A stretch of 64,000 nucleotides of DNA from Raillietiella orientalis. Its lineage: Eukaryota. The notes under the pieces were generated by a model. That model saw only the letters and a program-made list of their open reading frames with translations, did not search any database and had not been told where the DNA came from. Both the position numbers and the translations under genes were made by a program. Within the stretch, counting starts at the first letter, position 1. Every line of letters starts with the position of its first letter. The stretch covers positions 4,898,001 through 4,962,000 of the forward strand of contig JAYWIR010000004.1 in NCBI GenBank assembly GCA_036172245.1, in the 5' to 3' direction. Positions 34,601-49,344 of the stretch are shown piece by piece.

Positions 34601-37600
34601 ACGGTGCTCCTACTCAAAAGAGAGTTCCTTAAGCAACCCGTCAAGTATTCTGGAGAAACAATTTTCGGTGGTCCAGTTCCTATCGAGTAATAAATTAACG
34701 AAGCGAGTGGTTTGGATGGACTTTGTGTGGATTCTTCTCATTCTTCGCCACGTTCATCTCAGTGTTAAGAGTGATTCGGCTTCGATTTTCGCCCTCTGGG
34801 CTCCTTGCGGGTCTTTGCACCGTTCTGTCGTCTTCGAAGACTTCGAAGACCCTGCGTTACTTCATTTTGGTGGTCCCTTTGTTTTACAGAACGCCTTGCC
34901 GTGCTTCTTTTTTCCTGGTTTATTTTGCGCAGGTTGTTCTGTTCTCCCTATGCTGCAATCACTATTGCACAATTGGAAAGGGCTCGTTCAAAGAGTCTGC
35001 AATGACTAACCTGGAGTCATGGGGCTTTTACACACGAAAGAGGCGTTTCTTGAAAAATGGTACGCCCCCTGTTCGCGGCCGTGTGGCCCCTCTGCGTCCG
35101 CTGCGCTGCACCGAGCGTCATGAGTTTCGAATCCCCCCGCAAGATGATGCTCAGGATTGCACATGTGTTGATAGGGCGCCCTCGCTTCCACAGCCCGTTG
35201 ACAAGTCGGGCATTGGGAATGGTCCCCCCCTCCCGCCACTTCATGCTCCCCTCTCTGGTGCTTGACAGTGGAAGATCCTTGTGTGAGATCCCAAGTGGCG
35301 GCGCTGTCGAGACGCTCCGATGACCCCGTGGGGTGAAGCAACGGTTCTTGAGTACTTAGCAAACCAAGAAAAAAAAAAAAAAGCTGAGGTCGTAGAAAAC
35401 AGCAAAAAATGATATGCTGCTCCGACACGTCTAGAATCCTGCCGCCCAAGCTCTCCTCCCTCTTCCTACTAAACAAGCACATTGCTGGAATACGAATTTG
35501 TATAACGCCTCAAGCCAGCCAGCAGTATTTATTAGCCCTGCCGATGCTGGATCTCATTTCCAACAGTGCAAAGAACTTTCAGCGGGACATGGATAGATGG
35601 CTCATCCTCTGTAAAGGATAACTTTCACAATGACTTGCAGGCCATAACTCATCCTCCTATGTACCTCTACACTAAAGTTGCTTCGATTTCTCTCCAAATG
35701 GTTTCCGTTCTTGAAGACTACCCAACCCATTTTTTTCGCTCCTACATGTGATCATTTCCGAACCGCAGGGGTCACGACACCTCGTAGCAAAATTTGAAGC
35801 TCTATTTCGTCTGCATGCTCTGCCTAATCTGAGCGTTTTGAGCGCAGCGAACAGTTCACACTTTATTCTAAGCTTCTGCGATGACTTGTCGGATCGAGGA
35901 GAACCCTCACGAAAAATACAACGCCGATTTCTTACGCCCCGAGAAACACCATGAGATCTCCGTACTTCCTTCTTGTGCATTGCGGAACTGTACCATAAGC
36001 TTAAGAGCCCCAGCAGTTCTCTGATAACCCGAGCCAGAATCTCACTCATTTTATGGTCTGAAATCTGCCACGTCTGAAGTCGACAAGAAGTTGCATTCTG
36101 ATTCAGCACTTGCTTGCTGCTCATACTCACAGGCAACTTAGTTTGGCCACTTGACTTTTCCCACTGCTTCTTCTTCAGAAATACAAAGAGACTGTGCACT
36201 TTAAAAATGGCTGCAGGTTTGCATTGGCAAGCATATCCATTCCTCATTAAGTCTTACTTGATGACCCAATTGTTTCACATTTTCACTTTGTGGCAAAAAA
36301 ATGCAGATATCTGGGAACGTGGAGTCGAAATGCCTTGGCCACCTGGAACTTCCCAAAGAACAGATGAAGGATTTCACTCTTTGATTCCAGAACATGAAAG
36401 GAAAAGTTCGAGAAGGTTCACAGGTGGCTTGCCAGGTTACAGAACAAAATTATAGATGAGCCCAAGTACCAATGAAAACAATCCCAGTCCGTGCTGTTGC
36501 AGGTCTTCTAACATAGAGTAAATAACATAGGATGGAATTCTATTGACGAGGAAGCTCCAAAAAAAAAAAATGAGTAAGAGCAAAGAGAAATGAGTGTTTT
36601 CTGTACACGTAAAAATATTCTGTTTGTAGGAACTTTTTCCGTAGTTGGGGAGACTCTGGCACAAGGTCTGCTTCGTTGAGAGAAAATGGTTTTTCCTTTA
36701 TAGATTCGTACGCTGGCTACCGTAAGTTCGTCGCATAAACAAGCTTTCCAAAGCTTGCCGATTCGGCAAAAATAGACGAAAGACCTTTCTAGTAGGAAGA
36801 AATCATTCTCTGTAGCACAGAATTTTCCGCAGATATAGATGACCAGTTCCTTTTAGCTACTGCATCCAGTGAATTCTTGCGCTCTGTGAGCGAAGCACAG
36901 CCGCTCGAGGACAGCATGCCGTTTGAAAGCTCCGAAAATACTTGACGGCCAAAATCGGTTTCGCATAAAATCGAAAATGTCGTTTGAAAAAACACTCGCT
37001 GAACAACCACTCGGCTTTTTACAAAATGGATGAGCTGAGATCTAAGGGAGCCTGTGATCTAAGTTGATGCAATTGCGACGGAATCTCTCCCACATCAACC
37101 CACAGAAACAGTTTGCGAAGTTGGTCAAAGATCGACGCGGCAAACTGTCGACTTGTGGAGGATTCCTCGCTATGAAAATTGACTTTCTCGATGGATTCCA
37201 CACTTTTGTCTCGATCGTACATCGGCTCTCCATCCGTCCTGAGAACACATCTGCCCCGCGTCCGTTCGGTAGCCTCTACTTGGAAGTCCGCGATCCGGAC
37301 TGCGGTGCTGCTGCATCATGAAAGGGGCACCGCCAGCATTCTTCGATCCACTCGGAGCAGAGCGCGCGTAATTACAAGACAGGGTTCTCGATCATTCGAA
37401 ATGAGCCACTATCCACGCAGTGAAAGATGCAGACCTTCGAAACTTTGGGATGATGTTATCTCATTAATCAGGAGGCAAATGACAATATAATATCCTTAAT
37501 TATGTGCCCAAATCCTTAATTACGCGCTACCATGTGTTTTCTTTGACCATGGGACGTCCGTTGCAAAAGATTTAGTCCTGTTTGATTGCTATGGAAAGGT

Positions 37601-40600
37601 ATTAAGGAGATCGGCATGGCAGCCATCCTTGGCAGAACTCCGTTGGCTTGCGGCTTCAGTAATGAGAAATGAATTTCCGATTATGCCGTGTAGTTGTTTT
37701 CTTTAGTTTGTGCCATCCATATGGTGCTGTGGGACACATCATTCTTCCACGCTCGTGAATAATTCCCATTCTAGTTTCTTTTTCGAGACGGCGTTTAGGA
37801 GCAACCTACATTGTCCTTGGAGAAGCAAACTTGCTGTGCTTCCGATAAAGCTTCTTTTTTTTCTCTCTCTCTCTCCTGCGGATTTTTCGAATCTTGTTTC
37901 TTTTTGGGTCCCACGCTTTCCAATGATGAGTGCGGTCAAGAGCTGTTCTGGTGATCATGAATGCTGCAAGTACCAGTAGCGCTCAAGGTTCTGCCCCGCG
38001 CATGGCTTGAAACGCAAGCATACAAAACCCGCCGCTGCTTACAAAGACGTATGGTACAGATACGACACAGCATTCGAGCTTCAGTGCGGCAGCTTTTCTC
38101 TGGTTGCTTAAGCACGGGGACGTAGTGAACTGCGTTTCCTTGGTCATCTTACTTTCCTTGGTCTGAAATCGCCTCATTCTCGCAGCGACCGCTGAGTACT
38201 TGCAAGCGGACGACGACCAGCTCAGTCATGACCGGATCGAAACGAGGAAACTCCGGTGGACGGCAATGAAGATTCGAGAATGCCTAGCGGATCCATGACG
38301 CCATCGAGGACAGAAGAGAACTAGCCAAGATAAGGTCCCAACTCGAAATCTGACGGAGCATTCTGTTCCCGTTCTGTGGGGGAGGGGGGAGGGCAAAGAG
38401 CACCACCGCTCCTTTAGAAACGACGTTCCTCAAGCTTCGATAACGGAGAAAGAAGGGATCTCAGGAGTTGGCTTCGAGTCGAGCTGCCGCTGACGTCAGC
38501 GGCACGTCTCGACGCTGGAGAGGGAACGGGTCGGGACAGCATGAAAGCGCCACGTAGTCCCCGCTAGCGGGACCGCTGCGTCGCCGCGCCAGAGGCAGCG
38601 CGCGTCCCAAAACCGCCCGCGAGCTGCAAAGGCGCCCTTCGCCTCCCAGACCAGCGTCCCCGATGCGCTCTTGGCCTTGGTTGCTTCCTGCCTCCTGGTT
38701 GCTGCTAGTCGTCCGATTTCCTCCCAGGAACTCTGGGAGGAAATCGGAGCTGTCGTCACCCAATGGAGTGCGCTGCTCGCCGGAAGAGATCCGGAAAGCG
38801 TCCCATTGTTCTCACCGATCGCTTGCGCCTTGCACGGAAAGAAGCAGCCAAACACGGATCCTTTCCATCCTCTCCCCTTCCGCTACGAAGGCTCAAGGCG
38901 AGTGCCCCCCTGGAAATTCGGAGCCGAAAAAGCTGGTGGGCAAAGAAACACGTCAGTGACCAAGAACAATACCAGAGGAGGGCAACAAATACACATGGGT
39001 GTGACTATTTCCCGACGCACCTCGTTCCCCAGCCCAAGTGACCTCTTTGGCAGCACAGAGATCGCACGGAACCCGTCTCAGGGTGCTCCGGATCACTCCC
39101 GCTATCTCCAGACGTTGCACCATGATCCTGCTTCGATTCTGCTCACGAAGCATTCCGGTTCCGAGGACTTCCTTCCTCCGGAGGAAGGCGAACCTGGCAC
39201 AACCATGCCGACTGCGGCAGCTCGGCTTCGGCAAGCATCCTCACTGCCACCACCGCAGTGCCCCGGTTTCCTCGAAGCTGCCGGGTGACTCGCAGCCACT
39301 CTTCTCCCACCCAACGTGTGGGTTGCGTTTCAGAGCGGCAGAAGGCTCATTTTGCTCTGTATCCCGGACGCTTCTTCGGCTCATCCCTGCTTGCCGTTCC
39401 TGAGACGAGCCCCGCAAGTCAGAGATGCCATCTGGATGCGGCTGCTACTGCGAAACGTTCGGAAATGCCACGCGTGCGTGCGTTTGCCTTCTGCAAATTG
39501 CGGTCACGGATTTTGGACAGCTGAACAATCCGACATGGGAGGAGGAGGAGGGGAAGGCCTTCGCAGTACGTGGCAGACGCTGGGGGGTTGGGCGGCATGC
39601 GCAACAGAACCAGAATCCCCTCTCTTTCCAACAGCAGCAGCAGCAGCAACATGAGGGTCGCCGAGTCCCCGCGGCGGCATGCACGTCGGACCGCGTCCCT
39701 CCCTCCCCGCTTTTCTGGACCGCCACGAACCAGAACGAGGGGTCAAGGTCGGCAGCGCCGCCGGCCTTTGCGTCCATTTTGGCAGCGCGAGAAGCAAATG
39801 GGTCGCCCTCTGGGGTTGCCTCGCCGCGCGGGTCCTTGCCCTCCTCCTTCCCGGGTAGAGGGAGGCGAAAACTGTGCCCCTCGCGCGACCCGACGGGAGA
39901 GGGAGGGAGTCCCTCCAAAAGACCGGTCTCAGAAGGCGCGTGAGGGGGGGGGGGAGGGATCCGGGAACGAAAGGGAAAGAGAAGAAGGGGAAAAAGTCAG
40001 CGGTGCGCTCCCTCGAAAGTGTGGTAGGAGGCTAGTGGGTAACCCAACTCTATGTAGGTCCGTGATAGTGTGTCACGAGTGGAAGGAAAGGCTGCCGCCG
40101 GCCCTCTCTTGCTCGCATGGTCCGCACTTGGACGCCCCGTCCTTGCGGCTGTCGCCCTTCGACCCTCAGGCGGCCTCATCCAAGAAGGAGAAGGCTCACC
40201 ACTCCCTCCGGGTTCGCGCACGCCCTACCAGTCCCCCATGTCTTACATTGAGACGCCGCTTGGGTCAAGGGGACAGAAGTCGGGGAGGGGGTGAGGGTGA
40301 GTTCCCCGGGGAGGGGAGAAACACCCGGCCCTCGTGGCCTGGGGGAGGTGGAGGGAGTCACGCCGCTCCCTTTCGTTCTCCGATGAGGAAGGAAGCTGCG
40401 GCCGGACGCGCGGGTGTCCGACCACACCTGTCTACCGCGTGAAGAGGAGGCGCCGCGCGAAAGGTGGAAATCGGTCGCTTCCGGGATGCAGCGGCCACGG
40501 TCCTCGCGGTAAGAAAGGAAAGAAGGGTGTGCGCGCGTGAGAGTTCCGCTTCCGGCGCCGCGCTTCCCGGGAAGAAGAAACGCCAAGGGGCAAGGACCTT

Positions 40601-43600
40601 TCTTCTTCCTTCCCTCCTCCTTCTCCCCCTCCCTTCTCTTCCTCGCTCGCTAGCCTTCCGCAACCCGGCTGGGCGTTCGGGAGAGAGGGACTCCGGGGCG
40701 GCCCGTCGTCATGGCTGGCGCCGGAGATGACGTCGGCTCCCTGGAGTCGAACACGCGAACGGGAGGGATCCCGAACGCGCTTTCCGCGCGTACTCTGCCC
40801 CTCCCGGGGAGACTCCACGGAACACGCGGAAGGAAGGAGACAGAGGAGGAGGGAGGAAAAAACAAAACTCTCTCGCAGAATAGATCTGGTGGACGAAGGA
40901 ACAAGCCGGGGATCCAAGCTTGGAGACGCCACCACCGCTCGCTTTGCGAGCGGGCGCGCGGATCATTCCTTCGCATCACGCACGCAGCATCGTCAGGTGT
41001 ACTCCAGAGAATCTCCGCAAAAGGAGGGGGGAAGGGCGGCAAGTGCACCTCGCCTTGCCTGGAGACCCGCTGCTGCCCACTGAGGGCTTCTCGGTTCGCC
41101 CCCTGTAGGGGGAGCCCCAAGTCCTCCCTTCCAGAGGCGGCGGCGTCCCTTCCGCCTGCTCGTAAGGGGGGCACAGCGCATCCACAGAGCCCAGGCCAGG
41201 AATTGTCTCCCGGGGGCCTGGACGAAACGAGCCCGTACTGTTCCGCAAGGGAGAAGGACAGGCAGCTCGCAAGCCCGGGGTCTTCCTGCGGGAACGACAG
41301 CTTGCAGACGGCTTCGGGAGCGCGCAGAAGCCCGTGATGACTCGGGTCACCTGAGGACTGAAATGATGAGATCACTGAACTACAGCAAGATTGCAGTGAC
41401 TGCAAGGACGTCACAAGTCCAAAAGGGGACAAGATAGGGGTCTAAAGAAGATGAAGTAGCCGGGAGCTGCAGCCGTCTTCGGAAGGGTATTGCAGCTTTT
41501 GCACTTCCAGTTTGAGGAGGCAGGTAAGTAAGGAATGCTGAGGTGAAGATGAAGAAACCACTTGGCAGGAAAAAAAGAAAAAGAAGAGACGGCAGTGAGC
41601 ACTGAGAGAGAATCTCATTTCAAGATGCGAAGGATCGAGGTTCCAGAGAGAGGAACAGGAAAGACTGCTTCGCTTTGCACTGCTTCGTGTGCGCCAGCAA
41701 GCAGAATTTCCGTCGGACAGAATCGGCTGTCCCGCACACCAGGCGAGGACTCTTTTCTCTCATTCCCCCCTTAGTTTGAAAATGCGTGAGCGACACAGTC
41801 CCCAAGCCCAAGACATGGAGCGGCGATCGCTCTTCTTGAGCCACGTTTTGGGGACGCGGGTTATTTGTTTTACGATGTCTTTCGCTGCCTGGCTCGGACC
41901 GGAGAAAGGCGTAACGCAACACGCAAGTGCTTTATGGCGGTTCCAGCGTGAGACAGAGCGTGACTTCGTCCGATGACTCACTCCCAAACTATGGAAGCGC
42001 CGAGCAACGCCGTTCCTTTCCTCGATTGGCACCGAAGAAGGGAACCATCACTGTTCACTCTCACTTTCTGATCCTTGCTTTCTGGAGCAACACTGCTACT
42101 ACACCCTGCTGCTAAACATCCGAATTCCTTTGAGCACGTACACCTACATACGGGAGCCGTGTTCTCTGGTCCGCCGCTTCCATTTCGTTCCAGCTCTCCT
42201 GAATCCAAGCTTTGCACCGCCATTCGGCATCTCTGATACATACATATGTGCATATTTCAGTCACCTCAACAGCTTTTTTCGGTCCATGGGCAGCTTTCGC
42301 GGTTTCATGGACTGGTACTTCCAGAAGATCGCGTGTGTTTTAAGATGCAGAGAAATGTCGTAACGCGATGTACTCGCCGAAATGGAACTTTGGATCGATC
42401 ACGCGCGGCGAACAGATAGTGAAAGCATCAGCCTCCGCAACGCCTAGAGATTTCCCCGGCGAACCACACGTCGAATAGAATAAAATAGAATGCAGTGCAT
42501 AACCCCTTTCAAAACACCAGCAGACCAAAGTCCGTAAACGAACCAGATCAGCCCGATTGTGCTGTCCGTCAGCCACGTTCAACCTCATTCCACAGATAAT
42601 CCACCCACCACCCTTACTACTGCTTTTGGACACCGCTGGAACAAAGGCATTCGCCACTAACTATCAGAACAGAGTAGGCGCAACACTATCCCTTCGGTAC
42701 ACATGTACGTACATATGATTGCACAGGAAAACGAATGCTTACCCATTCAAGGAGCGACTGGCGTTTTTAAAGTTCATCCATTCCTTATCCTGACCATCAG
42801 ATCACAATCCGCATTCCAGTTGTTAAAACACAAGAATACTTCAGTGAATAATTGGAAAGCGTTCCTTACAAATTTATATGTCATTTGTGAACAGTGCTAC
42901 TTTTCAGTTCAAGACATTCCACAGCCGAAAGAAAGAACCATTTCCACCTTCACTTCACGGTCATGCATTACGAGAATGATAGTAAAGTCTTGATAGCATT
43001 CAGGCTCAAAAAACTGATCACCGCGTTTGCAGAAAGAAAGAAGGGGGAAAAAAAAAAAAAACAGCCTCAGGGCAGTATCCATTCTTGAATTTCTTAATCA
43101 GTCTTTTCATTTGCTCTTATTTTATACGTATTTCTTCTTTTATGCACCAGTAATGTCGTTATAGTGATTTTTTTTTTTTTTACGAAGAAAATTTGTTGTG
43201 CTCTACTCCGAGGCGATTTCCATGACAACCGAGGCGCTGTCGCAAAGTACACAGAGCTGAAAATTAGTCCCCCCCCCCCCCAACACAAAATTACCAACTA
43301 ATTTGAAAGTAATTCCGAATAAACTGATGCGAATCCATGGCTGGCACCTTGGTGTAACAATTAACACATTAAATACATAGGGAAAAGCTGGCAATTTTTC
43401 TCGTCTGCTTTTAATTTACACGTTTCCTTCGCTAGCCACATTTTACTCAACAGATGCTGCCCGTGCTATTGCTTTTCCAACGAGTTTCAAATTCAGGAAA
43501 CTTTCGTTCGGACAGCGAATCTTCCTGATCGTTTCCCTCCTTGGTTCGATCTATTATTCTTTTAATGTGCGCGACAAGCATGTCCAAGATCGGATTCGAA

Positions 43601-46600
43601 AAACAAAATAATCGCCTAAAGATCTGAAAATCGAATTACAAATGCCGAACGTTTCAAGGAAGGGAGGCCTATTCCATGGGTCAATGCAAGAGTACAAGAC
43701 TACTTGTTGATCGGAATCGGAGAGCGCGATGAGACTGCCCAACACGGGCGTGCGGTTCCCAGCAGCGAAGAACTCTGTGGCAACCTCCATCGCTGGCATT
43801 CGCTGCAAGCCTTTCCAAATTGAATCCACAATTAAAAAGTATGCCAGATGCGCTGAAGACGTGCTCACCGTCTCGCAAATTGAGGGCGCACAGCGGAGCA
43901 GCAGGGAAGGTAGCAGCAGTAGATGGGTATCAGTACAGTGCGGAACGTCTGTCCTCCTCCCAAACCAAACAGTGGTCGAGCGCGCGAACACGCTCCGAGG
44001 GAAACGCAGAGGCGAAAGAAGCGCTCGCAGATGGTGAAGAACCTTTCGGCTACTGGTTCCGCACCTCCTCTTGGCCGGATTGTTGGGAACCGGTCTTCGG
44101 ATGTGTCCTGCAGGTGGTTGGCAACTGGGACAAAATCATTCGAAGAGGGATGAGGGGACACGGGGTGGAACAGGGCGCGCGCGCCGAATGGGAGTCCTTG
44201 GGACTCGCGTACCGAATCAGCCGGCGCAGCCGGGCAGAACCGTGCGCCGAGCTCCGACTCCACACACGGGAGGGAGAAGACGCGAAACATCGCGCGGTGG
44301 CGCTGGGAAGGCGCAGCAACCAGTAGAAAACCGGATGGGCGGAAACGTCAGCCTCCTCGACGTCACGGACATTCCGCTCGAGTTCAACGAATCTTTCCCT
44401 ACACTTTTCCCTCGAAGAGTCGGTGACGTTATCGCAGCCGGCTTCGGCTACGACGTCGCAGTGAATACGTAGCAAAATATGTCCAGAGGGGAAATCGTGG
44501 ACGAAAGCTCGAAGGGGCAGCACACGCCCAAGAGGAAAATGAGACCAAACAAAAGAGGAGGAGGGAAGCGCCACTTAAGAAGTTTGACGACCCGTCTTTC
44601 GACAGAAGATGAGGAAGATGGACGCATCCGCGAACTCGAATGGGACTGTCTCGGATGGCAAGGACCGATTCGGGAAGAAGAAGGAGAGGGAGTATTCAGG
44701 AGCGGGAAGGGGCGTCTCTTTCGCGGAGCGCGCGGCCCCAGGAACTGCGGGCCCGCTTTGCTGGCCGCGGTCTCCCCGCGCGTGGTTTACCGAGCGTCTC
44801 AGGTTCCAATCCCGCCCGGGGAAGGAACGAGCAACCCCGCCGAGAAATGGAAGGAGTGAATGCGTCTCGTGGGTTTCGATTCCCCTCCTCCGCAGGACGA
44901 CGACGCTGGTTGGCTTATTCGGGTGCGGCCTCTGGGTCCTTCCAGGAATCAGGGAGCCCTTTGGGGTTCTCTTCCGGAGGGGAACCGCCTCCTTGTATCG
45001 TGGGCCGTACCATCGCGTACCATGTAGCTGGTTGATGACTCCTTGGGAGCTGCCTCTCCAGAGTACTACGAAATCGCGCTGCTCCCTCTTCAGGGAAAAC
45101 CCTTTGTAGGAATCGGGAAGCGTCCCTTCGCGGTTCTCTTCAGGGGAAGAGCAAACAGGGAGCGGTTCCCTTACCAAGGGTGCCTCCGGAGAAGAAATTC
45201 CAGGAGCGGCGGCCCTCTTCAAAGGGTCCCTCCGCAGAGAACAAGGAAAAGGGACTTTCTCTTCGGGGTTCCCTACCAAGCGTAGGAAAGGAACGCACTC
45301 CTTCCTCCGGAGCCTTTCCTGGATTCATGGGGTGGTCCCTACAGTGTTGTCCCCCTATAATTACTTGAGGAGTTCCGTGCACCCTCAGGGGTAGCGTGGG
45401 CAGCGTCAAAGAGCTTCGTGGGCCGCTGACAGTGGGCGATGGGTGCCTGAGGAGGCGGACGCTTCTTCAGCACTCCTTGAGAGCCAAAAGAAAGGCAACC
45501 CCAGGGACTGCGTCTTGGTCCGTTGCTACGGAAAGGGAACTCGCCGTCGTGGAAAAGCGGGGTTAAGAGCTTCTTCCGAATGGAGGGGCTGATCCTCCCT
45601 GAGGGCTGGGAAGGTGCGGTCCGGAGCAGACCGTCCCTGACCGCCTGCGTCACCGCGAGGAACAGCAGCGTAACGAGACCAAACGTCTAAGGAAAGGGAG
45701 CGGCCGACCAGGAGGAAGGACTCAGCAGAGGCGACGTCACTTTTCCCGCATCTCTCCTTCGACGCTTTGTCCCCCTCCCCGCGAGTGCCGCCCTCCCGTC
45801 GGTCGCTCTTCGAGCTGTTCGGCCCTACGTGACTGCGGCCGCCTCGGTCGCGCCACAGCAGCGCCCGCAGTGCGGCTCTTCGTCGCTCCTCCTCTGTGCG
45901 AAGGCGAAAGGGGGGATGGGAGGACGCGCCTAGAAAGACAAACGGGAGCCAACTGCTGCATCGGCGACTCCAGCGGAATGGACGTTTCGCACCACGAGAC
46001 CGATCCATCCCGTCCCCTATTTGTTGCCCGCGTCGGAGGCCATGTGGTTGCGGTCTCTACGCGTGGCACCATCAAGCGTCGTGGTTGCGAACATTCGGAA
46101 AAAATCGACGTCGATAGATGGGGGATGCGTCGAGGGGTTCGAGTTCCTCCCGCAAGATGACCCGGTTGGCCTACATTCATTCGGGTGCGGCGCCGGTAGC
46201 GGTTCAAACCGGATGCCCTCGATGAGTGGCCGGGATTGGGAGTCGAACCACCCTTCGGGGAGGACCCTCCGTGGAGTAGGTGTTTCGCCACCTCTCTAGA
46301 GTGCAGAGAAACGCGCCGCTCCCTTTGGGGAGCACCCTTCAGAGAAATTTCGGAAGCGTCCTTTCGGAGTTCTCTTCAGAGGAAGAGGAAAGTAGGGAGC
46401 GGTTCTCCTCCCGGGGGATCACTCTGGAGAAGACGCGAGGAGTGACTCCCTCCGAGAGAATAACTAAGAAGATTCTTTCCGGGGTTCCCTTCGGGGACAA
46501 CCAGGGTGACGATCCCTTCCCAGGCGTCTTTATTCACCCTCTTCGGCTGTGCGAATTTCACTTCATTCATCTCAACTCGATGGGCCGGCGGTCCGGGGTG

Positions 46601-48485
46601 CGAAGGCGACCTATTGGCAGGTTTGCAGGGTCGAGAGAAGCTGGGAAGGAAACCGCGGGCATGACCAGGGGAAACGAGGCCATCGGTCCCGGGGAAATGG
46701 TCGGAAGGGATGTTGGACGGACGGAAGAGTCCGGACACCACCGTACCGGAGATGCGAGCCGGAGCACGGCGAAGAGAAGGCCTGAGCGGCACGGGAAGGC
46801 AGCTGCGGGCGAAGTGCCGCCGGCAACGCCGCGACGGAGTTCCGTTCTTCGCCACGGTCTCCAGGGACTTCGGAGCGTCGTCTCGGGCAAGCGAGGCCTG
46901 CCATCTCGAATTTCCTTCCTTTCTCCGGTTTGGAGACGCCCGAGCGCTTTGCGGCGGGAGCGGAGGGCCTTGCGCCGGCCTCCGCCCACCCGTCCTCCGT
47001 AGCGCCGCGAAGCAGCACGGAGCAGGGCGTCACGCCTTCGAACGCGCAGCGCTTGAAGTGGCACACTCAGTCCTCGCTCCGTTCCGAGGTGGTGGCTGAA
47101 CCCCGCGCGCGTCCCACGCCGGAAAGGGTGCAACAACCCTCCCCAGCCCCCCTTCCCGAGCAGGCTGGAGAACCGCGAACTGTTACTTGGTTTCGCCTCC
47201 CAATTGGGTCCAAAATCCTTGCTGCGGAGATCGACGAACGGTTCGGAAGAGGAAAGGGCGGATGGCACGAAAGATCGGCTCCTGATGAATGTGGGATGGA
47301 GAGTCGAACTTGAAAAGGACGGAGCGCGACGAAGCCGGAAGAGGATTTCTCCAGACCTGAAAGACTCGTGCTTGCTCGACTCTGCGAGTGGAAGACACAT
47401 CCCGGGGAGCGCGCGGTGCCTCGCATGTGAAAGCTGCTTTCCCCATTGGAAAAAGTCAGATCTTCCCTTTCGTCCGAAGATAAAAAAAACGGACCGTCTG
47501 CTGCCTCTTGCACGTGCTCTCGCGACTCGGACATTCGGAGAGCGGCGACCGCCAACTTCCCGAAGGATCGGACGGAACCGTGTGCGTCCGCTTTTCTTTT
47601 TCCCCTGGGAAGAGAAGGAAGATACGGGAAGAGTAAGAAAGGGAAGCCACTTCATCCTAGTTTCTTAACATCGAGTTCGTATGCCTGATGCTCCCTCGAC
47701 TCGCTCTGCTCTGGAAACGGACGCGTTAGAAATCACCATGTCCTTATACGAAACCCCGTTCCTTCGTTTCAATCAACCGCCATCTCTTTCGAAATTGCGA
47801 GTCCCTCCACCTGGGTTCAGGGGTTGCGAATGCGGAAAAAGGAAAATGCGAGCAGGCAGTCCACCGAAACTGGATTCAGCGTGTTGATTTTTATCTTCCG
47901 TTCCGTCCCTCCACTGGAAAGATTTTCGCGATTGTTTCTCGAGCTCGAGAGAATTCTCTCAGAGTTAAGTCAGCTGCTGCTTATCATTCTCAAGCACAGT
48001 GGTACCTCGGCACTCGTCGGCAAGTCGTTCCGGAACTGCTGGCGAGTGCCGAACGAGTTCGTTTCCAGGCTTTGTGGTGTCATTTTAGGAGCCATGGCAA
48101 ACGCTTAAAATGCTCAGAAAGCACAAAGAAAAGGAACGATTTGGAGGCACTTTACGGAAGTGTTCGGCACTGTTCGCGAGTTATCACCAGGCGAAAGCGT
48201 TCACTTGCTGCATCGTGGGAGTGGGGTGGTGTCGAGTTCCGAGCATGCGCCGAGTGCCGAAACATTTCTTCCTCGTCGAAATGCGACGAGCACCGAGTTC
48301 GAAGAGTTCCAACACCGCCGAGCACCACGACCGTGACGACTGAAATGTTTTCATCCAAAAACCGGAATTCCAACGTGGATCTTACTACCGAAGTGCTCGC
48401 ATATCAGACCAAGGATCATTAATGGCAACTGTAATTAGTAAGACCCCAGCGTGACGCGGATCCGTAGAACGCGACTAGAAAAATA

Positions 48486-48855
48486 GAGGCAGTCCTCGCA
48501 TAACGCGGTGAATCAGCTCCCTGCAGCGCAGTGAATTTAATTATGTGTGATATAATGTATTCTGGTTCATCTGTTTTTAAAGAGAATGGCTTTAGTTGAA
48601 CTGATGAACAACGGAGACGACAGAGCTAAAACTATAGAGTTGCTTAAAGTGATTAAATACCAACAGAACTCCGAAAGCTTTTTTTTTTTCCTGTTTACTT
48701 TTTTCTTTTACTTATTAAAATGATAAAGAAGCAAATGTTGTTTTTTCCCTTAAAATGAAATAATAATAATATGTTACAACGTTTAGGATACATTTTTCTC
48801 TTTTTAAGTACTATCATCTCCTTGTACTACCTATAGGGTTCGTATAACGCGGAAC
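48486..48855 (+). mobile_element. Possible pogo/Tigger-like DNA transposon end remnant
   Basis: TA-gAGGCAGTCCTCGCATAACGCGGT resembles Tigger-type termini. A related TTCGTATAACGCGG lies at ~48839-48852 and a 20/23 match lies at 6872-6894. No opposite TIR was found. Confidence 0.3.
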
Positions 48856-49344
48856 ATACTCCTTTCATTATTACACCCCATTTTAATTTCTCAGATGCTT
48901 TCAGAAATTCTTGCAAACTGTCAGGATGATGAAAGTTCGTACTTATCCAGTTGGGCATGTTTGTTGTACCTATCTATTCAGTATGGGACACAATTCGGAA
49001 ACATCCACAAAATTCAGGAAGGAGACATCCTTTCGGGAGGGAAAAGATAGGAGACCTTGCTCTCCCCATGCTTTTCCTCGCTAAATCACACCTGTAGTAA
49101 CGTAGCAAATCCACCAAAAAATCCACTGAAAGACTCCGAGAGCAGGAACACACACACACACAAAGATGGAATGAAATAAGTCGACTCTACCCTAAGTCAG
49201 TGGAGTTTCCCATCTTTTTCATATTCAGGATTTATTCCATACGTTGCATTGATACCTTTTGGTTAATCATGGAGTAGCTTCTCTCTCTAAGGGTCTCGAC
49301 CAACGAACTTCCTTCAGTGAACTGTTTCTCTCGATCCTCTGTAG

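Noticed and set aside
46340..46385. Minus-strand CTGAAGA...GAAA hammerhead-like core
   Set aside because: Stem II is a single pair and stems I and III do not form with a valid cleavage triplet.
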